Below are positions 19,911 through 28,977 of a stretch of DNA of 64,000 nucleotides, piece after piece. How positions within the stretch are numbered: position 1 is the stretch's first letter; the number at the start of each line of letters is the position of its first letter. Where the stretch lies: positions 6,432,001-6,496,000 of the forward strand of contig OZ245838.1 in assembly GCA_965228735.1 (NCBI GenBank), in the 5' to 3' direction. The notes beneath the pieces were generated by a model, which was not told the DNA's origin, did no database searches, and saw only the letters and a list, made by a program, of their open reading frames with translations. Source of the DNA: Planctomycetota bacterium. GTDB lineage: Bacteria; Planctomycetota; UBA1135; UBA2386. Position numbers and translations under genes: made by a program.

Positions 19911-20891
19911 ATGCGCGCGATCGTGACGCGGCGCTATGGACCGGCGGAGCGGCTGCGGATCGGCGAGGTCGCGCGCCCACGCGTGCGGCGCGGTGCGGCG
20001 CTCGTCCGCGTTCGCGGCGCGACGGTGACCGCCGGCGACTGTGAGATGCGGGCGTTCGAGATTCCGCTGATGTTCTGGCTGCCGGCGCGGCTCGCGCTCG
20101 GAATCACCGGGCCGCGGTCGGGAATCATCGGCCAGGAGTTCGCGGGGGACGTCGTCGCCGTCGGCGCCGACGTGACGCGCGTCAGTGTTGGCGATGCCGT
20201 GTTCGGCCCGACGGGGCCGGCTGGTGGCGCCTACGGCGAGTTCGTCGCCGCGCCGGTCAAGCGGCTCGCGAAGATGCCGCGCGGGTGGAGTTTCTCCGAC
20301 GCCGCGACGCTGCCGGTGGGCGGCCTCAACGCGCTGCACTTCCTCCGCATGGCGAAGCTCGCAGCCGGCGAATCGATGCTGATCCACGGCGCGGCCGGCG
20401 CGATCGGCACCGCGGCGCTGATGATCGGCAAGGCGCGCGGTGCCGTGGTGACGGGCGTCGATCGCGGCGACAAGCTCGACGTGCTGCGTGAGCTCGGGGC
20501 CGATCACGTCGTCGACTGCACGCGTGAGGACTACGCCGCGGACGGAGCGACGTTCGACGTCGTGTTCGACGTGGCGGGCAAGATCACGGTGAACGACGCG
20601 CTGCGCGTGCTGCGGCCGCGCGGCCGCCTGGTGATCGCGAACCCGCGGTTCTGGAAGCTGATGCGCGGCCTGCTCGCGAGCTTGACGAGCAGCCGCAAGG
20701 TGATGTCGGGGATCGCGGGCGAATCGGCTGCCGACCTCGACGAGCTCGCCCGACTCGCGACCGACGGCACGCTGCGGCCCGTCGTGCGGCGGCGGTTCGA
20801 CATCCGTGACATCGTCGCCGCGCACCGTTTCGTCGAGAGCGGGGACAAGGTCGGCAACGTGGCCATCGACGGCTGGGGGGAGGCCAGATGA
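19911..20891 (+). CDS. NAD(P)-dependent medium-chain dehydrogenase/reductase (quinone oxidoreductase-like)
   Basis: MRAIVTRRYGP, GQEFAGDV, GAYGEF, IHGAAGAIG, LGADHVVD, FDVVFDVAG, AHRFVESG. No Zn-binding Cys cluster. Confidence 0.88.
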   Translation: MRAIVTRRYGPAERLRIGEVARPRVRRGAALVRVRGATVTAGDCEMRAFEIPLMFWLPARLALGITGPRSGIIGQEFAGDVVAVGADVTRVSVGDAVFGPTGPAGGAYGEFVAAPVKRLAKMPRGWSFSDAATLPVGGLNALHFLRMAKLAAGESMLIHGAAGAIGTAALMIGKARGAVVTGVDRGDKLDVLRELGADHVVDCTREDYAADGATFDVVFDVAGKITVNDALRVLRPRGRLVIANPRFWKLMRGLLASLTSSRKVMSGIAGESAADLDELARLATDGTLRPVVRRRFDIRDIVAAHRFVESGDKVGNVAIDGWGEAR

Positions 20892-21119
20892 GGTGGAGGT
20901 CGTGACGGGCGCGATCGATACCTACGCGAAGGGCAAGCTCGACGCGGAAGTCCTGTACGGCGCTCCCCTGCTGCGGCTCTGCGAGTCGTCGACGTTGCAG
21001 AACGGCGGCCAGGAACCGCCGACCCGAGCGTCGTGCGTTCGATCCTCGAGCGTTGTCGCGACCACACGTCGGTTTATCTGCGGATCTGGACGAACCGTCA
21101 GCTCGCGCGACTCGAGTGA
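20892..21119 (+). pseudogene. 3' remnant of a paralogue of the downstream HEAT-repeat gene
   Basis: A frame lacking a start upstream of the similar segment ends at TGA 21117-21119 and reads ...AERRPGTADPSVVRSILERCRDHTSVYLRIWTNRQLARLE*. This resembles the neighbour's C-terminus ...GERDPGIDARIDADRLRRTLEQWQSHTFWWQREWATEQLARLP*. Confidence 0.55.
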
Positions 21120-21163
21120 CTCGCGGGGTTCGCAAGCGGGGCGAACCGTCCTACTCTCCACTC

Positions 21164-22594
21164 ATGGGAACGAAGCCCGTCAGCCCGGTCCGGGTGCTGC
21201 TCGTGGTGGCCGCCATCGGGCTCGCCGGTTGGTCCGGCTACCGGATCCTGACCGCGGAACCGCCGCCGCCCGACTTCGATGCGATGTCGACGCCGGAGCT
21301 CGTGCGGTGGATCGCGGAGTGTGGCGATCCGGTGCCACGGAACTCGTCGGAGCCGTACCTCACCGCCTCGATGTCGCTTCATGATCGCGATCGGCTCGCC
21401 ACCTGTCGCGAGCTCGTCGATCTCGTTTGGATGCCGGAGTCCGACCTGCGCGCGCCTGCGGTTCGCCATCTCGGGAGTTTGCTCTACGGGCCTCCTGGAG
21501 CCGCAAGCTCGGAGCTCGCCGCGAGCGAGCGGGCGACGTTCGAGCGGGTCCTCGACGACGCGCTCGACGACGCCGACTTCGCGGTTCGGCTCGAGGCTTG
21601 GGCGGCCCTCGCGGAGACGTGGTGGTCCGAGGTTCCGCCAAGCGTCCCCGCGGCTGTCGGCCCGATCTTGTCGGAGGCTCTCGCCAGCGCGGACGCACGG
21701 GTGCGTGCCAAGGCGTACTGGGCGGCGCGCGGGACCGGCCCCGCGATCGTGGGCCAGTTGCCCGACCTCATCGCCGCGCTCGACCGCGAGACGCCGGAGG
21801 GGCCGCTGGACATGCTGCTCATCGCCGTCGGCAGTGTCGGCCGGAACAGTTCGGAGGCGGTGCCCGCCATCATCGACTTCGTCGACCCTGACCTCGACGG
21901 CGAGCGCGACGGTGACGAACCCAATGTGCGGTTCTTCGCGATGACCGCGCTCGGGACCGTCCGCGATGTGCCTCCGGAGCAGCTGCAATCGCTGTTCCCG
22001 TTCCTCGACCTGTCGCCCGACGATCCGTTGCACGCAGCCGCGCTCGGTGTGCTGGCGAAGCACGCAACCGAACCGGCCGACGTCGAACGCGCGTTGCATA
22101 CGCACCTCGGCAACGCCCGGCTGTTCCCCGAGTACGAGGCTCAGCCGTGGCTGGCCGCGGTCGGTCGACTCGGTGCGCGAACCGTCGGAGAATCGAAGGC
22201 TGCGGCCCTCGCGGTGCAGGCCCTCGAGGATGCGCTGACGAACGTGGAGGACGACGTGCGGCCGTTGGTCCGCTCCGCGCTGCTGCAGCTCGCCGCCGGG
22301 CGCGGCGATGCCGCGCTCGTCGCGCGCTACCGCGAGCCCGTCGCGCTCTGGCTCGACGGGCGTCTCCGGTCGATCCATGAGTCGGGCTCGCGATGGGGCC
22401 GGGCGCCGGACACGGAGAACGTGGTTCCCGCGATCGAGGCGTTCGTCGCGCTGATCGAGGCCGGCGAGCGCGACCCGGGGATCGACGCCCGAATCGATGC
22501 GGATCGGTTGCGCCGAACGCTCGAGCAGTGGCAGTCACACACGTTCTGGTGGCAGCGCGAATGGGCCACCGAACAGCTCGCGCGTCTGCCCTGA
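21164..22594 (+). CDS. Membrane-anchored HEAT/PBS-lyase-repeat protein
   Basis: N-terminal TM helix. Repeats such as LDDADFAVRLEAWAAL, LASADARVRAKAYWAA, EPNVRFFAMTALG. TACTCT lies 6 nt upstream of the ATG. Confidence 0.75.
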   Translation: MGTKPVSPVRVLLVVAAIGLAGWSGYRILTAEPPPPDFDAMSTPELVRWIAECGDPVPRNSSEPYLTASMSLHDRDRLATCRELVDLVWMPESDLRAPAVRHLGSLLYGPPGAASSELAASERATFERVLDDALDDADFAVRLEAWAALAETWWSEVPPSVPAAVGPILSEALASADARVRAKAYWAARGTGPAIVGQLPDLIAALDRETPEGPLDMLLIAVGSVGRNSSEAVPAIIDFVDPDLDGERDGDEPNVRFFAMTALGTVRDVPPEQLQSLFPFLDLSPDDPLHAAALGVLAKHATEPADVERALHTHLGNARLFPEYEAQPWLAAVGRLGARTVGESKAAALAVQALEDALTNVEDDVRPLVRSALLQLAAGRGDAALVARYREPVALWLDGRLRSIHESGSRWGRAPDTENVVPAIEAFVALIEAGERDPGIDARIDADRLRRTLEQWQSHTFWWQREWATEQLARLP

Positions 22595-22671
22595 GTTCCG
22601 CCCGGGAACGCGGCGGAGTTCCCGAGCCCGCGAGCGATCGCCCGGGCAATGCGCTACCCTCGTCATCCGCG

Positions 22672-24948
22672 ATGACCGACGTCAACGACTCCGCAGAGCA
22701 AGCCGCCGGCGAACGTCCCGGTGACGTGATCGGGCGCTACAAACTGCTGCAGGAGATCGGCGAGGGCGGCATGGGGTCGGTGTGGGAGGCCGTCCAGTCC
22801 GAGCCGATGAAGCGCAAGGTCGCGCTCAAGATCATCAAGCTGGGCATGGACACCAAGGAGGTCGTTGCCCGCTTCGAGGCCGAGCGCCAGGCGCTCGCGC
22901 TCATGGACCACCCGCACATCGCGAAGGTGCTCGACGGCGGCGCGACCGCGAGCGGCCGCCCGTTCTTCGCAATGGAGCTCGTGCGCGGCGTGCCGATCAC
23001 GGACTACTGCGAGCGGCACAAGCTCGCCGTCGCCGATCGCCTGCGGCTGTTCGCCAAGGTGTGCGACGCGATCCAGCACGCGCATCACAAGGGCATCATC
23101 CATCGTGACATCAAGCCGACCAACGTGCTCGTCGCGCTGCACGACGGCAAGCCCGAGCCGACGGTCATCGACTTCGGCATCGCGAAGGCGACCAACGCGG
23201 AGCTCACGCAGAAGACGCTGTTCACGCGCTATCAGCAGATGGTCGGCACGCCCGACTACATGGCGCCCGAGCAGGCCGAGAAGTCCGGGCTCGACGTCGA
23301 CACGCGCGCCGACGTCTACTCGCTCGGCGTGCTGCTCTACGAGCTGTTGACGGGGACCAAGCCGTTCGACGTCGACGGCGCGCTGCAGAAGGGCTACTCC
23401 GAGCTGCTCCGCACGATCCGCGAGGACGTGCCGGCGCGGCCGTCGACGCGGATCCCGGCGGTGGGCGGTCGCGTCTTGCGCGGCGAACTCGATTGGGTCG
23501 TGATGCGCGCGCTCGAGAAGGACCGCGCGCGGCGCTACGACACGGCGGCGGCATTCGGCGCCGACGTCCGGCGCTATCTCGCAGGTGAGCCGGTGCACGC
23601 CGTGCCGCCGAGCGCCGGGTATCGGTTGCGCAAGTTCGCGCGCCGCAACGTGGCGGTGCTCGTCGGGACGACGCTCGTTGCCACCACCGCTGGCACGATT
23701 GCGTACTCGATCTGGGCCAAGATCCAGTCCGACCACCGCTATGTCCAAGAGCACTCGCAGCAGACCCGCACGGCGCTCGAGGTCGCGAACTTCGCGCTCG
23801 ATGCCGCGATCGAGGCGCCGATCTCGAGCACGACGGAGTGGCTCGAGGCCGAGCTCGCACGCGAGCAGGTCCTGAACGCGCGCGGTACGCACAAGGTGCG
23901 GCATACGGTGCACGCCGACTACGAGGCGTTCATGGCGCGCTACGCCACCGCGCGCGCCGAACGCGACCTCGCGCTGCGCCTCGAGGACGTGTTGATCGCG
24001 CGGGCCGCGCACGAGGATCTCGCGAGCTGGCAGCAGATGGAGCGCGAGCTCGCGGGGTTCTTGCGGGAGCACGGTGCCGACGTGGACGAGACGGATTCGA
24101 TGGTGGTCGCGGCTGCGATCCGCGAGCACCCGCTGCGCGAACGGCTCGTCGACGTGCTCGAACTGTGGATCGCGACGCGGGCGCAGATGTCGGCGATGGG
24201 CGGGCCGCGCGCGACGGCCGCGACGATGCAGCCGTGGGCCGACGCGATCTACGCGGCCGACGACGATCCGCTGCGCACCGGCATCCGCAAGTTGATCTAC
24301 TCGGGCCGCATGCCCCCGCCGCCGGACGCCGTGAGCGCGCTCGTCGACGGCGTCGACTACGACACGCTGCCGCCGCGCACCGCGTCGTGGCTCGCGATGC
24401 TGCTCGCGATGTCGGGGCAGCAGGATCGCTCGGATCAGCTGATCCGCGACCAGCTGCGGCGGCACCCGCAGAACGTGATGCTCAACTTCGACTACGGCCT
24501 CGGGCTGTCGAAGTTCAGCCGGCACCAGGAAGCGATCCGGATGTACGCGCGCGCCGTCACCGTGCGGCCCGAGGCGGCCGGCATCTGGCGGATGATGGGG
24601 GCGTCGCTGCTCGCCGTCGACGAGGTCGAGAACGCGATCGAGGCCTACGCCGAGGCCTGCCGGCACGCGCCCGACCATGCGCCCGTGTGGCTCGATCACG
24701 CGCAGGCGCTGCTGCGGGCCGAGCGGCTCGACGACGCGGCCGCCGCGGTCGAGCGCGTCGTCCGGCTCGCGCCATCGCACCCGGGCGGGCCCGCGACCAA
24801 GGGACGCATCGCGCTGCTGCGCGGCCAGCCCGCGGCGGCGCTCGTTCAGCTCGAGAATGCCGAACAGCTCGCGCCGGCCGGATCGCCGTGGGCGGCCCGC
24901 GTCGCCGAGTGGCTCACGGAGTGCCGCAAGCAGCTCGGCAACGACTGA
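22672..24948 (+). CDS. Ser/Thr protein kinase (Hanks type) with TM segment and C-terminal TPRs
   Basis: IGEGGMGSV, VALKII, HRDIKPTN, DFGIAK, GTPDYMAPEQ, DVYSLG, GELDWVVMRALEKDRARRY, followed by TPR-like helices. Confidence 0.95.
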   Translation: MTDVNDSAEQAAGERPGDVIGRYKLLQEIGEGGMGSVWEAVQSEPMKRKVALKIIKLGMDTKEVVARFEAERQALALMDHPHIAKVLDGGATASGRPFFAMELVRGVPITDYCERHKLAVADRLRLFAKVCDAIQHAHHKGIIHRDIKPTNVLVALHDGKPEPTVIDFGIAKATNAELTQKTLFTRYQQMVGTPDYMAPEQAEKSGLDVDTRADVYSLGVLLYELLTGTKPFDVDGALQKGYSELLRTIREDVPARPSTRIPAVGGRVLRGELDWVVMRALEKDRARRYDTAAAFGADVRRYLAGEPVHAVPPSAGYRLRKFARRNVAVLVGTTLVATTAGTIAYSIWAKIQSDHRYVQEHSQQTRTALEVANFALDAAIEAPISSTTEWLEAELAREQVLNARGTHKVRHTVHADYEAFMARYATARAERDLALRLEDVLIARAAHEDLASWQQMERELAGFLREHGADVDETDSMVVAAAIREHPLRERLVDVLELWIATRAQMSAMGGPRATAATMQPWADAIYAADDDPLRTGIRKLIYSGRMPPPPDAVSALVDGVDYDTLPPRTASWLAMLLAMSGQQDRSDQLIRDQLRRHPQNVMLNFDYGLGLSKFSRHQEAIRMYARAVTVRPEAAGIWRMMGASLLAVDEVENAIEAYAEACRHAPDHAPVWLDHAQALLRAERLDDAAAAVERVVRLAPSHPGGPATKGRIALLRGQPAAALVQLENAEQLAPAGSPWAARVAEWLTECRKQLGND

Positions 24949-24958
24949 CGGCGCCCGG

Positions 24959-25669
24959 ATGACGTCGACGCACCTGTTCGTCCTGTGCCCGCCGTTCTCG
25001 GGTTCGACGCTGTTGTGGCGGCTCATCGGCACGTCGGGCGCGGTGTCCGTATTGCCAAAGGAGGGCCAGTTCCTGCCGGAGGTCGAGGCGGTGATGCGGC
25101 AGGACCCCTGGAACCGCGAACGCGAGCTGCCGTGGCCGCGCATCAAGCGCGCCTGGGACGGCTACTGGGATCACGACAAGCCGGTGTTGCTCGAGAAGAG
25201 CCCGCCGAACCTCGTGCACGCAGCGGCGATCGCGCAGCATTTCGACCCGGTCCGGTTCGTCGTGATGGTGCGTGAGCCGTTCGCCCATTGCGAGGGACTC
25301 ATGCGCCGCAACGGTTGGAGCGTCGAGCTTGCCGCCGCGTTCAGCGGGCAGTGCCTGCGCCAGCAGCAGCACAACGTCGAGCGGCTCGACGGCGTGTTGC
25401 GCCTGACCTACGAAGAGTTGGCGCGCGATCCGCGGGCCGCCGCGCACCGCATCGAACGGTTCCTGCCGGCGCTCGGGCGACTCGACGCGGAGCGCGAGTT
25501 CAAGGTTCATCGCGGCGATGCCGCAGGGGACCGCGTCGTCGAGGCGGCCGTCGAGGACCTCAATGCGGAGAAGATCGCGCGGCTGTCGGCGGCGCAGGTC
25601 GCGGCGATCTCGGCCGGACTCGCGTCCTACGAGGACGCGTTGCGGTATTGGGGCTACGCGCTCCGCTGA
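24959..25669 (+). CDS. Sulfotransferase family protein
   Basis: PAPS-binding loop PPFSGSTLL, LEKSPPN, VMVREP, LTYEEL, C-terminal WGY. Confidence 0.82.
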   Translation: MTSTHLFVLCPPFSGSTLLWRLIGTSGAVSVLPKEGQFLPEVEAVMRQDPWNRERELPWPRIKRAWDGYWDHDKPVLLEKSPPNLVHAAAIAQHFDPVRFVVMVREPFAHCEGLMRRNGWSVELAAAFSGQCLRQQQHNVERLDGVLRLTYEELARDPRAAAHRIERFLPALGRLDAEREFKVHRGDAAGDRVVEAAVEDLNAEKIARLSAAQVAAISAGLASYEDALRYWGYALR

Positions 25670-25723
25670 ACGGCTCGGCCTCGGTGGTCGTGGTGCGGGG
25701 CGCGCGTTCGCGAGACTTGGCGC

Positions 25724-25826
25724 TACCGAACCCGCTTCAAGTCCGCCACCCCGCTCCCGCTGTAAGCTGGGTATTGCGGTGGGGTCGTGCGCGGTGACCG
25801 GTGGCGGAAACGAAGCGGGTTCGGTA
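25724..25826. repeat. 103-bp element with 27-bp imperfect terminal inverted repeats (MITE-like or structured RNA/terminator)
   Basis: TACCGAACCCGCTTCaagTCCGCCACC (25724-25750) pairs with GGTGGCGGAaacGAAGCGGGTTCGGTA (25800-25826) at 24 of 27 positions. Lies between convergent genes. Confidence 0.75.
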
Positions 25827-25849
25827 CCGCCTCCCTCACGGATTGACCG

Positions 25850-26866
25850 TTACTGGGGCTTTCGGCCGACGACGATGCTGATCCAGGCTTCGTCCATGTC
25901 GCCCTTCGCGCGGCGGCGGAACACGCCGTTGCCGGTGCCCGAGTCGTGGTCGGTGCCCTCCCACAGCACGTGCGTGTCCTCGAAGCCGGCCTCTTCGAAC
26001 AGCTCGATGATCTCGGCGAGGGTCCAGAGGCGCCAGTCGTAGACGAACGCGTTGTGCATCCTGGTGCCGTCCTTGAACTCGAAGTGGATCGCGCACGTGA
26101 TCTCGTGGCTGATCGGATCGTAGACCCGCTGCTCCCACTCGTAGACGAAGCCCTTGTGCTGGATGCGGTCGGTCTTCTGCTGCATCACGTCCGGACCGCC
26201 CCAGGCGTCCATGAACATGACGCCGCCGGGCTTCAGCGCACGGAAGCAGCTCTTGAGATACGCGCCGAGCTCCTTGCGCTTCTTGAACACCGAGTAGCTG
26301 AAGTTGAGGGCGTTGATCGCGTCCGCCTTGGGTGAGCGCACGTCGAGCACGTTCTTGTTGAAGAGCTTGAGGCGCTTCTTCTGCTCGTCGTTCAGCAGCG
26401 GGTTGACGTTGTGCTCGATGCCCCAGTCGAGCGTCGGTTGGTCGAGGTCGACGCCGATCGCGATGTTGTCGGGGTGCAGCAGCACGTGGTGGCACGACAG
26501 CACGGCCGTGCCGCAGAAATCCTCGCGGAACACGCGCAGGTCACGGCCCGTGTACTTCTTGAATCGCCGGGAGTAGAACTGGGCGTCGTCGGCCGGCGCC
26601 TGCACGGAGCGCTGGTAGAGCACGTGCCGGTCCGCGGTGCGGGCCGTGAGCTTCGGCTGTTGCTTGCGGGCCTTCTTGCCGGCGCGCGCTTTCGCCGGAG
26701 CCTTCTTGCCCGCCGCGCCCTTCTTCGCCGTCGCGCTCGCGCCGGTTCGGGTCTTGTCGGCCCCGGTCTTGTTGCGCCCGGTCTTGTTGGCCCGGGTCTT
26801 CTTGTCGGCCCGGGTCTCGGGAGACTCGTCGCTGACCATTGCACTTGCCGTTCCGCTTGCCGCCAT
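25850..26866 (-). CDS. Class I SAM-dependent methyltransferase with Lys/Ala-rich N-terminal extension
   Basis: LYQRSVQ, REDFCGTA, GVDLD, ALNFSY, LKPGGVMFMD, AFVYDWRLWT. Start may be 26866 or 26839. Confidence 0.82.
   Translation of the reverse strand: MAASGTASAMVSDESPETRADKKTRANKTGRNKTGADKTRTGASATAKKGAAGKKAPAKARAGKKARKQQPKLTARTADRHVLYQRSVQAPADDAQFYSRRFKKYTGRDLRVFREDFCGTAVLSCHHVLLHPDNIAIGVDLDQPTLDWGIEHNVNPLLNDEQKKRLKLFNKNVLDVRSPKADAINALNFSYSVFKKRKELGAYLKSCFRALKPGGVMFMDAWGGPDVMQQKTDRIQHKGFVYEWEQRVYDPISHEITCAIHFEFKDGTRMHNAFVYDWRLWTLAEIIELFEEAGFEDTHVLWEGTDHDSGTGNGVFRRRAKGDMDEAWISIVVGRKPQ
26746..26818 (-). repeat. Imperfect 15-18-bp in-frame tandem repeat (TRADKK/TRANK/TGRNK/TGADK/TR)
   Basis: Recurrent (c/g)ggtcttgt units on the + strand. 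Confidence 0.7.
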
Positions 26867-26921
26867 GCGCTGTTCGTAACGCAATGGCGGCCGAGACTCC
26901 ACAGCGGAGCTGCCGCCCCCG

Positions 26922-28907
26922 CTACCGGTCGGACGTCACGCAGCGCGCGTCGCCGCGGCGGCGCGCGTGCGTCTTGCGGAACGAGGCGTCCGCCGTCCAC
27001 GGCCCGAAATCGACGTCCAGCGGCAGCAGCAGCACGGTGTCGCGATCGGCCTCGTGCCGGCGGCCGGGCTCGAAGTCAGCCGTGTAGCGCGCGACCCTGC
27101 TGATGCGCACGTCGTCGACCTTGCCGCGGAAGAACGACACGGGCCGGCCGCGGCGGTCCGGGTCCGCCCCGATGTAGAGCGGGTGACCGTTGCGCGTGCG
27201 CTTGCCGCTGCCCGCGCTCTTGCTGACGAGTTGGCCGTCGAGGTAGAGCCGCACCTCCTTGCCGTCGAACACGCCCGCGAGGTGGTGCCAGCGTCCTGGC
27301 TGCAGCGCGCCCTTGTCGCCGCGCGCCGACACGTACTTGCCGTTGAGGTGGACGGAGAAGTCCGGTTGGCCGTCGCTGCAGAACAACGCGAACTCGCTGC
27401 TCTCCGTCTTCGCGAGCACGGCGCGCCGCCCCTGGAACTCGTCGCCGTTGAGCCAGAGCTCGACCGTCAGCGGCCCATCCGCGAGCTCGAACCGGTCGGA
27501 CGCGATCGCGAGACAGTCGCTCCGGCCGTCGAGGGTGAGCACGCCGTCACGATCGGTGCGCGCCGCGTCCGCGATGTCGGCCGGCGGCGGCAGGTCGAGT
27601 TCGTTCGTGCGGCTCGGGATGCTCATCCGCCGCCCGGTCGCGAGGTAGTCGCAGCGCGTCTCGAGCGCGGGCATGGCGAACTGCAGGCGCTCGGCGAGCG
27701 GCGCCTCGTCGTCGATGAAGCGCCGGATCCCGAACTCGGTGTTCGCCGACTCACCCGGCGCGATCACGAGGTGCTGGTGGTCGGGGCTGAACTGCCAGTC
27801 CGGCGTCCCCGTCGGCACGATCTCGAGTTCGATCGGGCGCGTCGTCGGGTTGTGATACGCGAGGGTCACGAGCGCGTTGACGCTGCCGTCGCCGTTCATC
27901 GCCTGCTTCGCGGTGCCGCCGGCCGCGACCTTCTGGATGCGCGGCTGCAGCGCGCGGTTGAGCTTGCCGATGTCGTCGCTGACCTGGCCCGTGATCTCCT
28001 GCGGATCCATCACCGTGCCGACCGGGAGCGTCGCGACCTTGATGCCCTCGGGGCGAACCGTCACGACGTTGAAGTGGTGCAGGTAGCCGCCGTCCGGCAC
28101 GTCCATCGACAGATGGCCACCGACGGTCGCGAGCGTGTAGTACTGGATGCCGTCGACGACGCCGTCGAACCGCATGCGGTGGATGTGGCCCGCGAACACG
28201 GCCGCCACGTTGCCGTTCTTCTTCAGCAACTCGTGGCAGCGCTCCCAGTCGTTGCCGTACTGCGGCAGCCAGCGCGGGTGATGCATGAAGACGAACACGT
28301 GCCGCGCGTCCTTCGCCCGCTTCAGCGTCTGGCCGAACCACTCGAACTGCGCTTCGCTCATGCGCTGGCACGACGGCTTGCCGAAGTTCTTCTCACCCGT
28401 GTCCGGGTTGCCCTCGTCGGTGTAGAGCGCGATGAACCAGCACTGCTTGTGCTCGACGGCATACCACAGCGGGCCGAAGTGCTGCTCGTAGTTGTCCTCG
28501 TGCTCGTTCCGCGGCCGATTCGGCCCGCGCCAGTAGACGTCGTGGTTGCCAGCGACCGGGAACCACGGCATCGAGAGCTCGGCCATCGTCTCGTTGTATT
28601 CCTTCGCCTGCGCGAGCCACTCCTTCGGCTGGTTGTAGCCGTTGATCAGGTCGCCGACCGTGAACACCAGGTCGGGATCGAGCAGGTTGGTGTCGTAGAC
28701 GGCCTGCTCGAGCACCTTGATGCCCTCGGCCGGACCGCCGGTTCGATCGCCGTAGACGATGAAGCCGAACGCGTCGTCTTCCTTCGGCAGCGTCAGCAGC
28801 TGCCGGCCCGCCTTGCGGTCGGTGTGGAGGCGGGGGGACTGCGCGGGCGCGACCGCAGCACCGGTGAGCAGCGCGGTCAGGGTGACGAGAATCGTGTGGC
28901 GACGCAT
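26922..28907 (-). CDS. Secreted calcineurin-like metallophosphoesterase with C-terminal LamG-like jellyroll domain
   Basis: Signal peptide; GDRTG, VGDLING, AGNHD, MHHP, FAGHIH; LamG motifs WHHLAGVFDG..LYLDG and FRGKVDDVRIS. Confidence 0.88.
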   Translation of the reverse strand: MRRHTILVTLTALLTGAAVAPAQSPRLHTDRKAGRQLLTLPKEDDAFGFIVYGDRTGGPAEGIKVLEQAVYDTNLLDPDLVFTVGDLINGYNQPKEWLAQAKEYNETMAELSMPWFPVAGNHDVYWRGPNRPRNEHEDNYEQHFGPLWYAVEHKQCWFIALYTDEGNPDTGEKNFGKPSCQRMSEAQFEWFGQTLKRAKDARHVFVFMHHPRWLPQYGNDWERCHELLKKNGNVAAVFAGHIHRMRFDGVVDGIQYYTLATVGGHLSMDVPDGGYLHHFNVVTVRPEGIKVATLPVGTVMDPQEITGQVSDDIGKLNRALQPRIQKVAAGGTAKQAMNGDGSVNALVTLAYHNPTTRPIELEIVPTGTPDWQFSPDHQHLVIAPGESANTEFGIRRFIDDEAPLAERLQFAMPALETRCDYLATGRRMSIPSRTNELDLPPPADIADAARTDRDGVLTLDGRSDCLAIASDRFELADGPLTVELWLNGDEFQGRRAVLAKTESSEFALFCSDGQPDFSVHLNGKYVSARGDKGALQPGRWHHLAGVFDGKEVRLYLDGQLVSKSAGSGKRTRNGHPLYIGADPDRRGRPVSFFRGKVDDVRISRVARYTADFEPGRRHEADRDTVLLLPLDVDFGPWTADASFRKTHARRRGDARCVTSDR

Positions 28908-28977
28908 GGTGACGAGTATCCGCGAGTCAGGCCAAGATCCGGTGAGGATGCGCGAAAAGGTGCATGTGCTGGAGCGC

